64,000 nucleotides of DNA from Anthoceros angustus (lineage: Eukaryota; Plantae; Anthocerotophyta): the NCBI GenBank assembly GCA_010909165.1, contig VJWM01000019.1, forward strand, positions 1,116,001 to 1,180,000, given 5' to 3'. The notes below the pieces were generated by a model. It was not told the DNA's origin and did not search any database. It was given only the letters and a program-made list of their open reading frames with translations. The stretch's first letter is position 1. Every line of letters starts with the position of its first letter. Shown here piece by piece: positions 22,255 to 34,699 of the stretch. The translations under genes were made by a program, and so were the position numbers.

Positions 22255-23128
22255 GTTACCGCCCAATCGGTCGACTCCAAGCTTATAGACCTATCACACC
22301 CTAATTATACCAACCCCCCTACCTCACATATATAGACCTTTTAGTGGACATCCCAAGCCCATGGGCCAAGGAACATCGAGTTTCCAGACCCCTTATTATC
22401 TAACCTAAGGAATAAAAACCAGGAAAGAAAACCATGGGCCAAGGACGTTTCTTTTATAAATACCCTTGCCTACTGTCAACCTGACTTATTTTCACACCAC
22501 ACTCGACCAAAAAAACAAAAAAAAATACTTCAAGACACATCCCAATAGGGGGTTTCCGAGTCCAGATCGTTTACACGCCCTCCTGCAGATCGCGGTATTC
22601 CCCCAGATGCAACTCCTCGACGTCCTCGCGCTCCAGCCGCCGGCCGGCGCCCATGGGCCAAGGACGCTTTTATAAATACCCTTGCCTCATCACTTTTCCC
22701 CAAATTCCCTTAGGGTTAAGTTCCCCGGTCTTCGCCTACCGCCGGTCGTTTTCTACGACCATCTCCTCTTTCCACGACCGCTCCCCCAGTCATCCCATTC
22801 CGCAACCTCTCACCCTTCAACTACCGCCCGGTTGGGTCGACCTCTAACCTATCGACTGACGAAACCCCTACATATGTCAACCCTCCACTTCACATATATA
22901 GACTTTTTAGAGGATATCCCAAGTCCATGGGCCAAGGAACATCGAGTACCCGGTTTGCTTATTATCTAATCTAGGAAACAAAAACAAGAAAACCCCATAG
23001 GCCAAGGTCATTTCTACTATAAATACCTTTGCCTACTGTCAACCTGACTTATTTTCACACCACTCTTAACCAAAAACAAAAACACTTTAAGGGCATTTCG
23101 GCTGTGGACTTTCCGAGTCTAGATCGTT
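22255..23128. repeat. Diverged direct repeat (~310 bp at ~22255-22570 and ~22820-23128) with recurring CCATGGGCCAAGG motif
   Basis: Shared blocks CACATATATAGAC, CCATGGGCCAAGGAACATCGAGT, TATAAATACC.TTGCCTACTGTCAACCTGACTTATTTTCACACCAC and TTTCCGAGTC.AGATCGTT. Confidence 0.85.
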
Positions 23129-23129
23129 C

Positions 23130-23740
23130 ACAGCGCCCATGGGTAGGGTGTGCTAGGGAGGCGCCGGCGCCCATGGGCGGGCAAGGCGTGTTGGTGGGCG
23201 CCGGCCGGCGCCCATGGGCAGTGTGCTAGGGAGGCGCGCCGGCCGGCGCCTTGGCGAGCATCTTTGGGGAGGCACGGCCGGCGCCTCCCCTAGCTCCACC
23301 CGCTGCCGATGGGGTGGTGCTAAGGGAGGCGCGCCGGCGGCGCCGCCGCCGCCGCCGCCGGCCCACCGATGGGGTGGCGTGTAGAGGAGGCGCGCCGGCG
23401 GCGCCTTCCTCTGTGAACCACCCGTGGGGTGGGCAAATGGTGGTGCGCGCCTGGCGGCCGGCCGGCCGCCTCCCTCCACGCGCCACCCGTCGGTGGGCCT
23501 ACGTATGGGTGGTGCGTGGAGGGAGGCGCCGGCCGGCGCCTCCACGCCACCCGTCGGTGGGCCTACGTATGGGTGGTGCGTGGAGGGAGGCGCCGGCCGG
23601 CGCCTCCTCCACGCGCCACCCGTGGGGTGGGCAAATGGTGGTGGTGCGTGGAGGCGCCGGCCGGCACCCTCCCTCCCGCACCATCACCTTATGCCCGACG
23701 GGTGGAGCGCGACCCAGGCGCCGCCGCCTCCCTCGCGTGC
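23130..23740. repeat. Very GC-rich array of hairpin units and GGCGCCGGCCGGCGCC palindromes
   Basis: Repeated CCACG(CG)CCACCCGT...GGGTGGTGCGTGG units separated by perfect or near-perfect 16-bp palindromes. Confidence 0.85.
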
Positions 23741-24728
23741 CCATTGTGGCCCTCCCTTCCACGCACCTCACATCGCACTTCCATCGAAAATTCAGGAGGC
23801 TAACCTTAGAAGCAACCTTGGAATGAAGGCTAACCTTAGAAGCAAATGCCGTCTGAAATCGAGCCAGCATTTGGTCGGTCGAGTGTAGAGGGTACTCCTC
23901 CCGGAAACATCTGTATGCGGTGGACAAAAAAGCGATAAGGGATAAGCTCTGCGAGTTGCGTGGCTTAATACAACCTGCGAGTCAAAGTGCCGCTGAAGAT
24001 AATGATGACAATGGAGGAGAAGCTGGACCAAGTGATGACGAAGGATTGAACTCTGGGGATGAGTGAAACTGAAATCTCGTTTTTTCCCAGGGTCCCAGAG
24101 TTAATGTTGTAAGTCCGGTTCGATGTTCGTGTTAGGAAATACCACATGTGGCTTTTGTGGTGTCATAACAAAACTACATTTCCTCCCAAAGCGAGTTCTG
24201 CCGTTCCTTCCGGAGGGCAGCCTTCCTCACCGCTCCTACTTTGCATTATTCCCGTGAGGTTCGAGTTTGCGACCACCATTCGACACAAACATTCTTTGGA
24301 TGGAAAGTAGTAACTTCTTGGTTACACCTTTTTTGAACTGTTTTCATGCCTTCAAAACGCTGTTTTAGGGCCCATCAAAAACCCCCTTCAGAGATTATTT
24401 GCGGAAAACCCCCTTCGAGATTATTCACCCCCTTCAAAAATTATCATGTTGCTAGAAGTCGATGAATGTTTGGTTGTTCGTACTAGCTTTCGGAGGGGAT
24501 GCTCCCCTAGATGCGCTAGCCAGGATGCCATGTTGATGCCACGCACCCATGCAAAATTCACTTCGACACAGACCACAATCGCCGAAAGCAACAAAATCTT
24601 GGCTCGCATTGTAGGATGGCTTTCTGGTTGTGTGTGTTTCAGATGCACGCTACGTGCACACCATCGGAAAGCCGTGAGAGCATGAGGCAAGCATGATTTT
24701 CACAGATTTATTGAACTCAAGATGTGAA

Positions 24729-24900
24729 TAGGAAAATTGATTGAGTGAAGGTTGCGAATTAGTGGAAAAATTAGGAAAATTGATTGAGTGAAGGTTGCGA
24801 ATTAGTGGAAAAATTAGGAAAATTGATTGAGTGAAGGTTGCGAATTAGTGGAAAAATTAGGAAAATTGATTGAGTGAAGGTTGCGAATTAGTGGAAAAAT
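24729..24900. repeat. Tandem repeat, 4 x 43 bp (TAGGAAAATTGATTGAGTGAAGGTTGCGAATTAGTGGAAAAAT)
   Basis: Period 43: GGAAAAT at 24731, 24774, 24817 and 24860. Confidence 0.93.
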
Positions 24901-24939
24901 AAGGCCGCAGGACCCCAGTCATTCTAGGGTTAAGGTCAC

Positions 24940-27900
24940 ACTTGAACATCGCAATTCAAGACTCCACCCGAATTCTTTTTTAAAATCAATTCAATTTGAA
25001 AATATGATCTTTAAGAAGGAGTTCAACTACTATAAGGTTGGCTTAAAGATGAGTTTCTTTGACCTAATTGCTCTTTTTGACCTTCTTCTCTTGCAAGTTC
25101 TTCAACCTAAGCAGAACAGATGGAAGTATTTCTTAGAGAGCTGTGACAACCTACTCCTTCAGAGTTGACATAGAGTATAGTACTTCAGCCCTATAGTGTT
25201 TCTTTTTCCACATAATTGCTTCCCTTTTCTTACATAGTAGATACTTTGGTCCTCTATCAACCTCTTTCTTCTCTCTCTCTAGAGGTGCCTTCACTATCTT
25301 ACTTTTGAGCAATTTTTCTTTTCAAGATCAATCTCTTTAAGCACTATCTTTTTAGGGGGGTAAGTTTCATTTCCTCTCTTGCAAAAACTTCTTTTACGTG
25401 ATCAATATACGTCATTTCGAGAGATACTTTATCTCCCTAATCAGTTTTCTTTGTTTCGAGAGAAACTATATTTACCCTCTCCACTGTCTCGAGTGATATG
25501 TTTTGTCTTTTATTAATTAACTGATCCCGTATCGCTGATCCCATATCGCTGCAAAATAAGCTTTTTCTCTTTGCCCAATCTTGAGAGAGGTATTTTCTTT
25601 CCACAATAATTAACCTACCTCATTTTGAGAGATCTTTCATTTTCCCTATCTACTCTCACATTGTCTTGAAAGATTCTCTCCTTTGTTTGAAATATTCTTT
25701 ACCCAAGCCATAATCCGAAAGCAATATTTATGTGCTAGAGTTTATTTCCTTTTCAAGAACTTGCTTTCCTTTTTATAGTCTTTCCAGTCTTGGGGAGAGC
25801 TCACTTCTGTTTTAACCCTTCGATTCTCAAGAACTTCCTTTTCTTTTCCAGTCATTCTTTTTTGCAGTCTTTATTCTTTTTTGCAGTTTTTCTAGGCTTG
25901 GAAAGAGCTCACCTTTGTTTTAACCCCTATGTGCACTCCTTCTTGCAACTCGACTATAACATGCCCTGTGTGTTGTCTTCTCTTTGCTTAATTGAGGTGT
26001 ATTGCTCCTCTTATTTACTGTACTTTCGTCTCTTTTCGAGAACTAGTCCATTTCTTATCTAATTGTGCACTTGTAGAACCTAGTCTCTTTTCGAAAACTA
26101 ATATGTTTCTTATCTAATTATGCACTTGTAGAACCTAGTCTGTTTTTTATCTAATTGTGCACTTGTAGACCCTATTTGCTTCATGTTGATTGTTCTTTTT
26201 TGTCTAACTACTTGTTTTCCATCTTTCGATCTATCTAAAATATAGCGCTAACCCCATCGCTTAAGTAGAAAACGGTCTTTCTATCTATTGAGAATCTTGG
26301 ACTGGCCTCATCCCTTAAATAGGGAGCCTGAGACTCATCCCTTAAATAGGGAGCCTTACTTCATCTTTAAATAATTCCTTAAAGCATACTAGTTTACCTA
26401 AGCTCTAAACAAATTTTTAGTACCATTAACCATATACTTCACTAGATTAAATGAGAGGCCTTCACCAAATTAACGGAGAGGCTTTCTCCAAATTAAAGAG
26501 AGGCCTTCACCAAATGAAATTCAAGACCTCTCATGCATGGCTTCCGAAGCTTACTGTAAGCCCTAAGCAAAGCCTCACTACCCATATACTTCACCAAATT
26601 AAATTCAAGGCCTCCTATGCATGGCTTCTTTAGCTTACTGTAAGCCCTAAGCAAAGCCTCACTACCCATACCCTTCACCAAATTAAATTCAAAGCCTCAC
26701 TACCCATACCCTTCACCAAATTAAATTCAGGGTCTCTCATGCATGGCTCCTGAAGCTTGCTGTAAGCCCTGAGCAAAGCCTCACTACCTGTACTCGCATA
26801 CCTTATTAAATCTCACTACCACTAACCAAAACTTACTAAACCATATCCAGGATGTCTCTCATTGCTTCTTCCTTTCTTGATGATGTGGGAGAATGTCGTT
26901 TGTCATGGTTACTTTCCTTTACCCATATTCTCATTTACATATATGGCCTTATTTCCAAGTGGGCAATAATCATACATGCTCTCAATCTCTAACAACATAG
27001 CTTCCCAAAAAATACAGGTGGTTTCTTTTCTTTAATTTTTCCTTTCTATCCTTCTGAATTGGCATTGCATTAGGTCCTACCATGTTCTTTTTTCAAAAGA
27101 TTCTCTAACTTCCTTATGTTATTTCCTCCAACCAATAATTATTGCCACATGTTTTTTGTTCTGCTGGGTGGTGATGCTCTCTACTCATCCTTAGTGCCTT
27201 CTTCACTGAAAAGTTTCATCAACATTTCTTGCTCTGCCGGGAGACATTTGTTCCCTTTCACCAATTTGAAGATCTCTAGTAAGTATTCTCATCTCCTCGT
27301 GTTCTAGATTATGCCGCTTGTGCATACCTCTCATTGTCCATCCGTTGCACTTGAATCTTCTTTTTCCTCCGTTTTGCTTGATTATCATCCTACCCCAATC
27401 TTCAACTTCGTCCAAAAATTTGACCCCAATCTTCAACTTCGTCCAAAAATTTGATATAACTTAAACCTCATCACCATCCCGTCCTACTCTTTGTTTCCGG
27501 GAAATTATCCTCATGTCAAAATCTTACATATCACATCCTCATCCAATGGTGTTCCATATCATTGATACGCTCCCACCATTATGCATGTCATTTTTAATGT
27601 TCCACATAATTGACATACTACCACATTGCGCACATTACCTTAATAGACCCAATCCATTGGTCGCATTCACATATTCATTAGACCTCCTGCAGCCTTGTGA
27701 AGTTTTTTCGAATTGTAATCAAACTTTCACTTCCTGTTGCATTGCTCCGAGTTCTAGTCATACTCCAATTAATGCTCACTCACATTCTTAAACATCCATG
27801 ACCATTTCTCCCTAAGAGTATTTCTTCTTCATATCTGTGTTGCCTTTCTCCTCTACCACTATCCAAAGATACTCTTTGAATGATTGTAGCTCCAAGTGAT

Positions 27901-29194
27901 GCTCTCTCAAATTCTTAAACATCCATGAACATTTCTCCCTAAGAATACTTCATACCTGAGTTGCCTTTCTCCCCTTCCACTATCCAAGGATACTCTGGCG
28001 TTCAAATGATAGAATTGATCCCTCTTCAACCCATATGCTACATACATGTCATAAGAGATCAAATGAACAGTCACGGGCGCCTACCTCGCTTCCTTTTCAA
28101 TACTTGTCTCACCCGAAGTGAAGGATCTATGCTCGCAATGACGAATGAGAAGACAGCTATTTAGTGACACATCTTGCGGGAATCAAAATTTACTAGCATG
28201 GATAGTAAAAGATATATAAATTCCCAAAAAGAATACTCACACATAAAAATTATTAGTTACGAACTTACGAACATAAAAACAAAACTCACCATCACAAAGC
28301 CTTTCAGGTTGGGATGGTTGGGTCTCTAAGGGTTGAGGAGATTCACCTTCAGCAATCACCAGTCCGAGGTCCTTGTGATGTGGAAGAGACAAGTTCGCAT
28401 CTATTCCAATGGGCTGCTTTGGAGGACACAAATTCCAACCCCCTCTTATGGATAAATCCCTTTCACATACAGTTCGTAGCCTTTCCCTTTCACACGCAGC
28501 TCGTAGCCTTTCACATGCAGACTCTAATTGCTCTTCCTCCCAATCTGCAATATTTACATGTGTTAAAACACACCAATGACTAAGGAACAATCCTGCACTA
28601 AAGTAACACTCACGGATGGCCAATCTTCCAAGATGGAGATCTTCTGCTCCCGATGGTTGGAGGGTTCTGCCCTCGCACATCATTTTTTTCTCCGTTCGCC
28701 TTATAACTGGAGTTTCCTTCAAGGGCTCTATATGAGGACGTGTTCTTACAATCACCTCTTTCTTCAAAGGCTCTTTAGGAGGGCAGATAGTCAAAGCCTC
28801 TTTGATAGATCTCTCTCTTTTGCGCCTGCCTTGTGAATGATCACCATCCCTACCTGCGACAAGATCATTCGTGTCATCTCTCCTTTCATGGTCATTGGAC
28901 AAAGATTTATGCATACCAAAACCAATCATGCAAGGGAGCAACATCATTCATGTTCTTTCTCCACTCATGATTATCCATGGACAAGGATTTAGGGAAACTA
29001 AATATCACACAAGGGAGCAACGTCATTCATGTTCTCTCTCCACTCATGATCATCCATGGGACAAGGATTTAAGAAAGTAAAACCAATCACACAAGGGAGC
29101 GACGTCATTCGTATTGCTTCTCCACTCATGGTCATTCATGGGGCAAAGATGGACAGGAACCAAAACCAATCACGATAGAGAGCGACATGTCACA
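24940..29194 (-). mobile_element. Degenerate LTR-retrotransposon-like region: LTR-like segment ~28165-29194 plus decayed internal sequence
   Basis: Minus strand starts TGTGACATG at 29194 and shows GTGTCAC near 28165. ~80-bp internal repeats at 28918-29185 and 26500-26790. AT-rich, stop-ridden internal part with Cys-containing gag-like debris near 27550-27640. No matching second LTR found. Confidence 0.45.
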
Positions 29195-29246
29195 AAAATT
29201 TAGAATTAATATGGATTACAGCGTCCACTGGAAAAAACAATTTCGT

Positions 29247-30083
29247 TCAGTAAAAAATAATTATAAAAAGTATCATGAAAATACAAAATAGGCCAAAAAA
29301 ATCCATGGACTTGCAAACCCACCGTGAGAAAATAGAAACAACATCAAAATTCTTGAACAAACGCCGCTTGAAGGACCTCGAAAATTTTTGGACATGGCAA
29401 GACGACAAACGCAGTTTCACAGCTGGACACACCACATACAAGCAGGAAACCCTACCAGCATGTGGAGCGGCCGGACTTTGAACGAGTTCGGGAGCAAAAC
29501 GGACTCGATGCACCTGTTTCTTCTTTCGCTTCCTTAGACCCCCGAAGCAGGCATCTTTACCCAGAAGCGGAGACTCGGTGCTTCCCTCCACAATCTCGGT
29601 CTCACCACCAGGCCCAGCAGGAGGGGAACAGCTGAGTGAAGCCATGGGCCAAGTAACAACCGGAGCGAGATTCCTAGGCCGAGGAGGTTCAGGTTCTTCT
29701 TCATCGGACTCAACAACCCGAGAGCGCGGGCCGCTCCGCCTCCTCCCAACACGCAACGGCTCAGCAGCGCATGGCGGCGGCGAAGGGCTCGGCATAGCCG
29801 AGCACTCCTCATGCTCCCTCCCAGTGTCTCCACGGACTACACCTCCGGCAGCAACGGGTTCTCCATCCCTCACCTTCACCAGAGCCAAAACCCTGCTTTT
29901 GTGCTTCGTATGTTCCCTCAGCATGCTCTCTTTCAGATCCTTCATGCTCTCGTGACCAGCGAAAAACCCCCCGACGCGCAAAGGAAGTTCCACCGGCCCG
30001 CCTCCCCCATCCCGTTTCACGGAGAGCTTGAAGCCGTCCTCGCGGCCGGGCTGCCATAGCACCCGCGAATAAGCCCGCGCCAT
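29247..30083 (-). CDS. Orphan family protein, copy 1 (~278 aa from MARAYS; 3' end may be spliced)
   Basis: Open frame sharing M.R.YS.V.W.PG...LPLRVGGF.AG...LK.S and downstream acidic/Pro blocks with the ORFs at 33968-34501 and 37152-37787. Confidence 0.6.
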   Translation of the reverse strand: MARAYSRVLWQPGREDGFKLSVKRDGGGGPVELPLRVGGFFAGHESMKDLKESMLREHTKHKSRVLALVKVRDGEPVAAGGVVRGDTGREHEECSAMPSPSPPPCAAEPLRVGRRRSGPRSRVVESDEEEPEPPRPRNLAPVVTWPMASLSCSPPAGPGGETEIVEGSTESPLLGKDACFGGLRKRKKKQVHRVRFAPELVQSPAAPHAGRVSCLYVVCPAVKLRLSSCHVQKFSRSFKRRLFKNFDVVSIFSRWVCKSMDFFGLFCIFMILFIIIFY

Positions 30084-30772
30084 GCCGAAGAGGCGCAGGC
30101 GCAGGCACAGCGCCCCCGCCACTACCGCTGCCGCAACCCGCAGACGCCGCCAACGGATTGCTGCGCAAAAGGCAGCGAAGAAGCAGAAAATCGTCGGCCG
30201 CGCGGAGAGGTCCAGGGAGACGGTGCCATCTGGTTTCCCGCCTCCAAGCAAATCCCCCCAAATCACAACTCGCGATGGCGAATCAGGATTCACGCGTGGT
30301 TCACGACTCGCGCCGGAGGGCGGAGCGTGAGAGGCCAAGAGCGGGAACGGCAGAAATGATACTAGGAGCATGGCGACAGTCTGGCCACGACGTGCACTCA
30401 AGACGGCTTTGGTGCGGAGTCATTATTAGAAATCGGGGCAGCGAGAATTCCGCTCTCTGCGACTCTCTCATTCGCGAGCCACCACGTTGTCCCTGATCCG
30501 GACCGCGTGCATTCCTTTTGTGCGCGGCACGTCTCGATTCGCGAATTCCGAGATAAACAGTCACCTTCCTTGAAAGCTCCGCGGTACTAATACATACAGC
30601 TGCTTGTTCCGCTGTCCTCTTCCAGCTCGAGGCGGCGGGCACTGCGGCAAAGTTGAAGACCCGGTTATTGTTTTTTTTGTGGTGAAGACTTGGCATTTTT
30701 TCAATGGTAAATGTTTTATTATTTTTTATGTATCTGCTTTTTTTTAATAGGGCTTGGTATAGGCCTTGGTTT

Positions 30773-31106
30773 ATGTGTGTCCATATGGCCTAGGCCAAAT
30801 GAACACACATTTATAAGAATTACGTGATTAAGCATCCTAAGCTTGGATCCGTACTTAGATGGGGTGCTTAAAGGGAGTGGATGCCCTTGGTGCCTAAAGG
30901 GAGTGGATGCCCTTGGTGCAAGTAGCTTAGGCACACCATGGTACAAGTTGTTAAGTACCAAGTCCCATGACGGAAACCTGTCCTTAGTGGACTTAAATAA
31001 AATTCTTCTTAAGTACCAAGTCCCATGACGGAAACCTATCCTTAGTGGACTTAAATAAAATTCTTCCTATCCTTAGTGGACTTAAATAAAATTCTTGTTC
31101 TTCTTC
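30773..31106 (+). mobile_element. SINE-like element with 5' fold-back hairpin and triplicated 3' end
   Basis: Same sequence as 21935-22141. Candidate TSD ATAGGGC(T/A)TG at 30747-30756 and 31108-31117. The tail TCCTTAGTGGACTTAAATAAAATTCTT occurs three times. Confidence 0.8.
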
Positions 31107-31129
31107 TATAGGGCATGAAGATGAAGCCT

Positions 31130-31730
31130 TGCCTCCTTGTTCATAAGGTCGGTTAGGGGCCTGTTATCTTCTCCAAGTTAGAAAAGTTATACCCCTTTTT
31201 TCCTCCTTCCTCATGGATGGTCTATGAGGGTTTCAAGCCTGGCAGGCGTAACATACTCTACTTTTAGACTCCTCTATTCCCCGACCCCCTTGTGCTCAGA
31301 CAAGGGAGCTGGTCTTGGCTGGCTATCAGAGCTTCTATTCCTACCGTGATGAGGTTTTAAGCCCGCCTCTAGTTTTCTCTTGACTTGCAGTAGAAGGCCC
31401 CTCGAGACGATGCTGGGACCGACCTAAATCGTTATTCAACTAGTGGGCATTGCTACGCACGACGTCCGAGATGTCATGTTCTCGATGGCGAAGGAGAGCG
31501 CTTTACTTCCTTTCAAGGAGCACCCATATATTTTGCTCAAGCTTAATGGCATCTTTTAGGGCTAACCTATTTTTGGCTTGGGGCACTAGGTCTCTATTGT
31601 TGATGTGGATGAAACAAGCCCTACCTGGGATACTGTATGCGAACATGTGAGCTAGTCCTCTTTTTGGCCTAGGGCTCTTTTGTGGGTTGTTCTCCACTGC
31701 CTGGATGTACATGGGACTTCCCATCTCTAT
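31130..31730 (-). mobile_element. Possible decayed 3' end of an L1-type LINE
   Basis: The minus-strand frame has NIWVLLERK, like the W.IW.ERN block of L1 ORF2 C-termini, with stops. Weak. Confidence 0.3.
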
Positions 31731-32929
31731 TTGTACTACAAAGTCTTCTCGTTCTCTTTATTATTGTAAAGTTATTCAGATAAAGACCTAATTAGAGAGT
31801 TGATATTCACACAAGGGAGACTAAATAGATTATCACATATTAATATATATTAATTAGATATATTTGATTAGTTAATGTAAATTATATTTTTTTGTTTTTC
31901 TATCAGTATAAAAGATAATCTTATATGTAAACCTTTAACCTTGAGTCCTTAATTCTAAATTTTAAAGTCTGAGTTCTATGAATCTTAAATATAAAGTCTT
32001 GAATCTTGAAGTCTAAATTCTATATTTTGAATCTTTATTTCTAAGTTTTAGAGATGTAAAATATAAACTCCGAATCTGAAAATCTTAACCTCTAAATCTA
32101 AAGGCCAAATTTTAAAAGACTAAAATTCTGAACTTAAACCTTGAATTCAATTCTAAGGGAATAAGGTCCCTATTAAACTCCAAGTTGACCATGCCTTTGA
32201 ACGGGAGGTAGATGTTGAACACTGGAGGCAGACCTGACCTGGACAGGTTGAGTGGCTATGAGGCATACCTGACCTGGACAGGTTGAGTGGCAGTTGTTGG
32301 TATGCTTTAAGTAAAGGTGGGTGGGGGTAGGTGAGTCAGGGCCGACTCGTCCGAGTGACCAGTCTCGGAGGCAGACGATCAACAGGTTGGCAGTTCGATT
32401 GGGCGACAGTAGAGGAATGCGGGCATACGTGTCCATTGTATTCCAAAGGGAAAGGATGTGTCCATTGTCTTCGCAGGTGGAACAAAAACCCCATTGAAAC
32501 TCACTGTAAGGAACTTCGGGAATCCCATTTTCTCAGGCTGTTCTCTAGTTGACGACTGTTTCTCTTGTTGTCGTGTACCCACAAAAAACATAAACATCTT
32601 ACTGATGCTACAACTCTCTCCGGACAACAAAGTGTGGTCTCATTTTGCAACAGAAAAACACGTATCAGCTGCTCTCCAAGGACGACAACAAACGACGGCA
32701 ATAGGTCTTCACCATCCCTGGCTTGCAGGACACTGCGACGCACTGTGACCATCCCTTTCCGAGAGCCGGCAGACAGTTCACCTAACACTGGAAAGCTCAT
32801 CAGCACGTACGCTACCCCATGGACTGTACACAATGAAAAACGACCGCAGGCCAAGGCCAGTGTATGAGTACTAGCACTTTCCCCCTTCTCCCCCGATGTG
32901 CGATAAAAAAAACGGTCTCAGTGCTGGGC

Positions 32930-33210
32930 AAACTTGAAGTTGAACTCATCATCGCCATGCACTTGCAAGTCGTGCCGCTGTTGCCAGCTTTGCAGGACCG
33001 CTTCCACCAAGCTGGAGAACAATTGGGTCTTGGGATTCTGGATATGGCAATATCCAAACAGACCACCTGTGGACGCCGCACAAATGCGAACATCCAAAAA
33101 AAACTACTTGCTTGACGCACAACAGTGTCGCTGTAGAGCCGGGGGCAGCTCGATATGTGACAAGCCAGGGCGCCGTAGTAGTTGCCCGTCCAGTCCATCA
33201 TCGGCGCCAC
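32930..33210 (-). pseudogene. tRNA-dihydrouridine synthase (DusA-type) 5' fragment, copy A
   Basis: VAPMMDWTGNYYGALACHIS..LY, intron remnant, then YPESQDPIVLQLGGSGPAKLATAARLA..DEFNF with frameshifts. Confidence 0.8.
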
Positions 33211-33967
33211 GGTGCACTGAAATCAATTTCCCATGCTACATGAGATGCGTGGCTTTTGTGGGCGCCTGCCTCCTCTGATAGAGCTTCAAGCATATGCTAC
33301 TGCAGTCGATAGAAGATAGATGGGAGTGCTTATGATACATACGCAGTTAGATAGCTTTGCTAGTGTCTGTGGGTGTCATGTATATTCACTTTGGTGGAGT
33401 AATAATAAGAACACCAACATCCTCTCGGCAGTACCCATCCAATCCCTCTCGGCAGTACCCATCCAATCCCTGGGCTGCACCCATCGCATCGATCCGATCG
33501 TATCGAATCCCATCGCGGATCTGATCGCGATCGTGTCGGGTCTGATCCTTTCTAAGATGGAAAGGTTTCCACACCAGACGGAAGGCTTAGCTTTGCTTGC
33601 ATCCTCCCGGAACTGGGCAGGAGTTGCAAGCTGCAAACGGTTTCTGAACTTCACTTTCTTATATTCTCACAATCTTCATTCAAGGTGCCTCCGATCGGGC
33701 GATGAAGCATCCGGGCAGCAAAACGGACACGGGAAAGAAAACTGTGATTGTGAAACAAATCGAAAGGTTGGGGAAACAAAAGAAAGGGCCCCTCTCTCCC
33801 AATGTCTGCATTAGTATGCCATAAAAGCCGGCATAGAAAACAAAGAGTTTCAACACTACTCTTGGATGAGGAGCAAAGAAGTTGTTGGAACGGAGAAGGA
33901 CACAGGCTGTTTCACAGCCGGTCGCCAAAACACGTGGAATACCCTGACATCCAATTCCACATCCATA

Positions 33968-34501
33968 TCAATCAGAGGCATATGTCTGCTGTTTCTTCCC
34001 CGGGCTGCTATCCTCCGCAGAAGAAGAAGATGCCACAATTCCAAACTTGGCTCCAGCTGCAGGTCCAGCAAAGGCGGAGGACCTGTCTGACGCCTCAGGT
34101 TCGAGAAAAGGACTAGGGCAAGAAGGATCGTATTCTGCTTCAGCTTCGTCTTCACTCCTCGGAGGCCACCTCCTTTCGGCATGCACCGGCTTAGCAGTGG
34201 ATCCAGTCGGCCCTGGGTACGGAGAACTAGAACAGCTCTCCTCATCAGCCTCCCTCCCAGCAATCACTATATCTCCAGCTAGCGCTGCATCGGACTTTCC
34301 CTCCACCTCCTCCACGACAGGCAAACCCCTGCACGTATGGACCTCCTCGCTCGCTTTGAGTTCATCCAGCTTCCCATAACCAGCATAAAACCCGCCAACG
34401 CGGAGAGGAAGGGAGACGATCAGCTCCTGTCCCTGTATACACAGCTTCATGCCCGACTTCCGACCTGGCTTCCAATTCACCCATGAATACGTTCGCGACA
34501 T
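33968..34501 (-). CDS. Orphan family protein, copy 2 (177 aa)
   Basis: Open frame MSRTYSWVNWKPGRKSGMKL...SLPLRVGGFYAGYGKLDELKAS; paralogous to copies 1 and 3. Confidence 0.55.
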   Translation of the reverse strand: MSRTYSWVNWKPGRKSGMKLCIQGQELIVSLPLRVGGFYAGYGKLDELKASEEVHTCRGLPVVEEVEGKSDAALAGDIVIAGREADEESCSSSPYPGPTGSTAKPVHAERRWPPRSEDEAEAEYDPSCPSPFLEPEASDRSSAFAGPAAGAKFGIVASSSSAEDSSPGKKQQTYASD

Positions 34502-34699
34502 GCCGAAAGATGCGGCATGTACAGGCGCCCGACAATACCGCTGCTCCAACTTGCGCTTTGTGCCTGCACAGGATCAAAAACCCACAACCACCGCCCACGT
34601 AGCGCTGGAAGAAGACCAGGAGGAAAGTCGGACCATTAGGGCATAATCGACTCAGAATGTATCTAGTCCATCGCCCAAGAGCTCCATGGCCAAGAGGAA

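Noticed and set aside
23153-23927. Overlapping Arg/Gly/Pro-rich ORFs on both strands
   Set aside because: By-product of the stop-poor GC repeat array.
24915-24940. piggyBac-like terminus (minus strand TTAA-CCCTAGAA)
   Set aside because: No convincing partner TIR or transposase. AACCCTAG is common in plant DNA and could equally be an LTR start (TGTGACCTTAACCCTAG).
31930-32155. Degenerate telomere-like heptamers (CTAAA/CTTGAA)
   Set aside because: Too decayed to distinguish from AT-rich TE filler; no run of perfect CCCTAAA.
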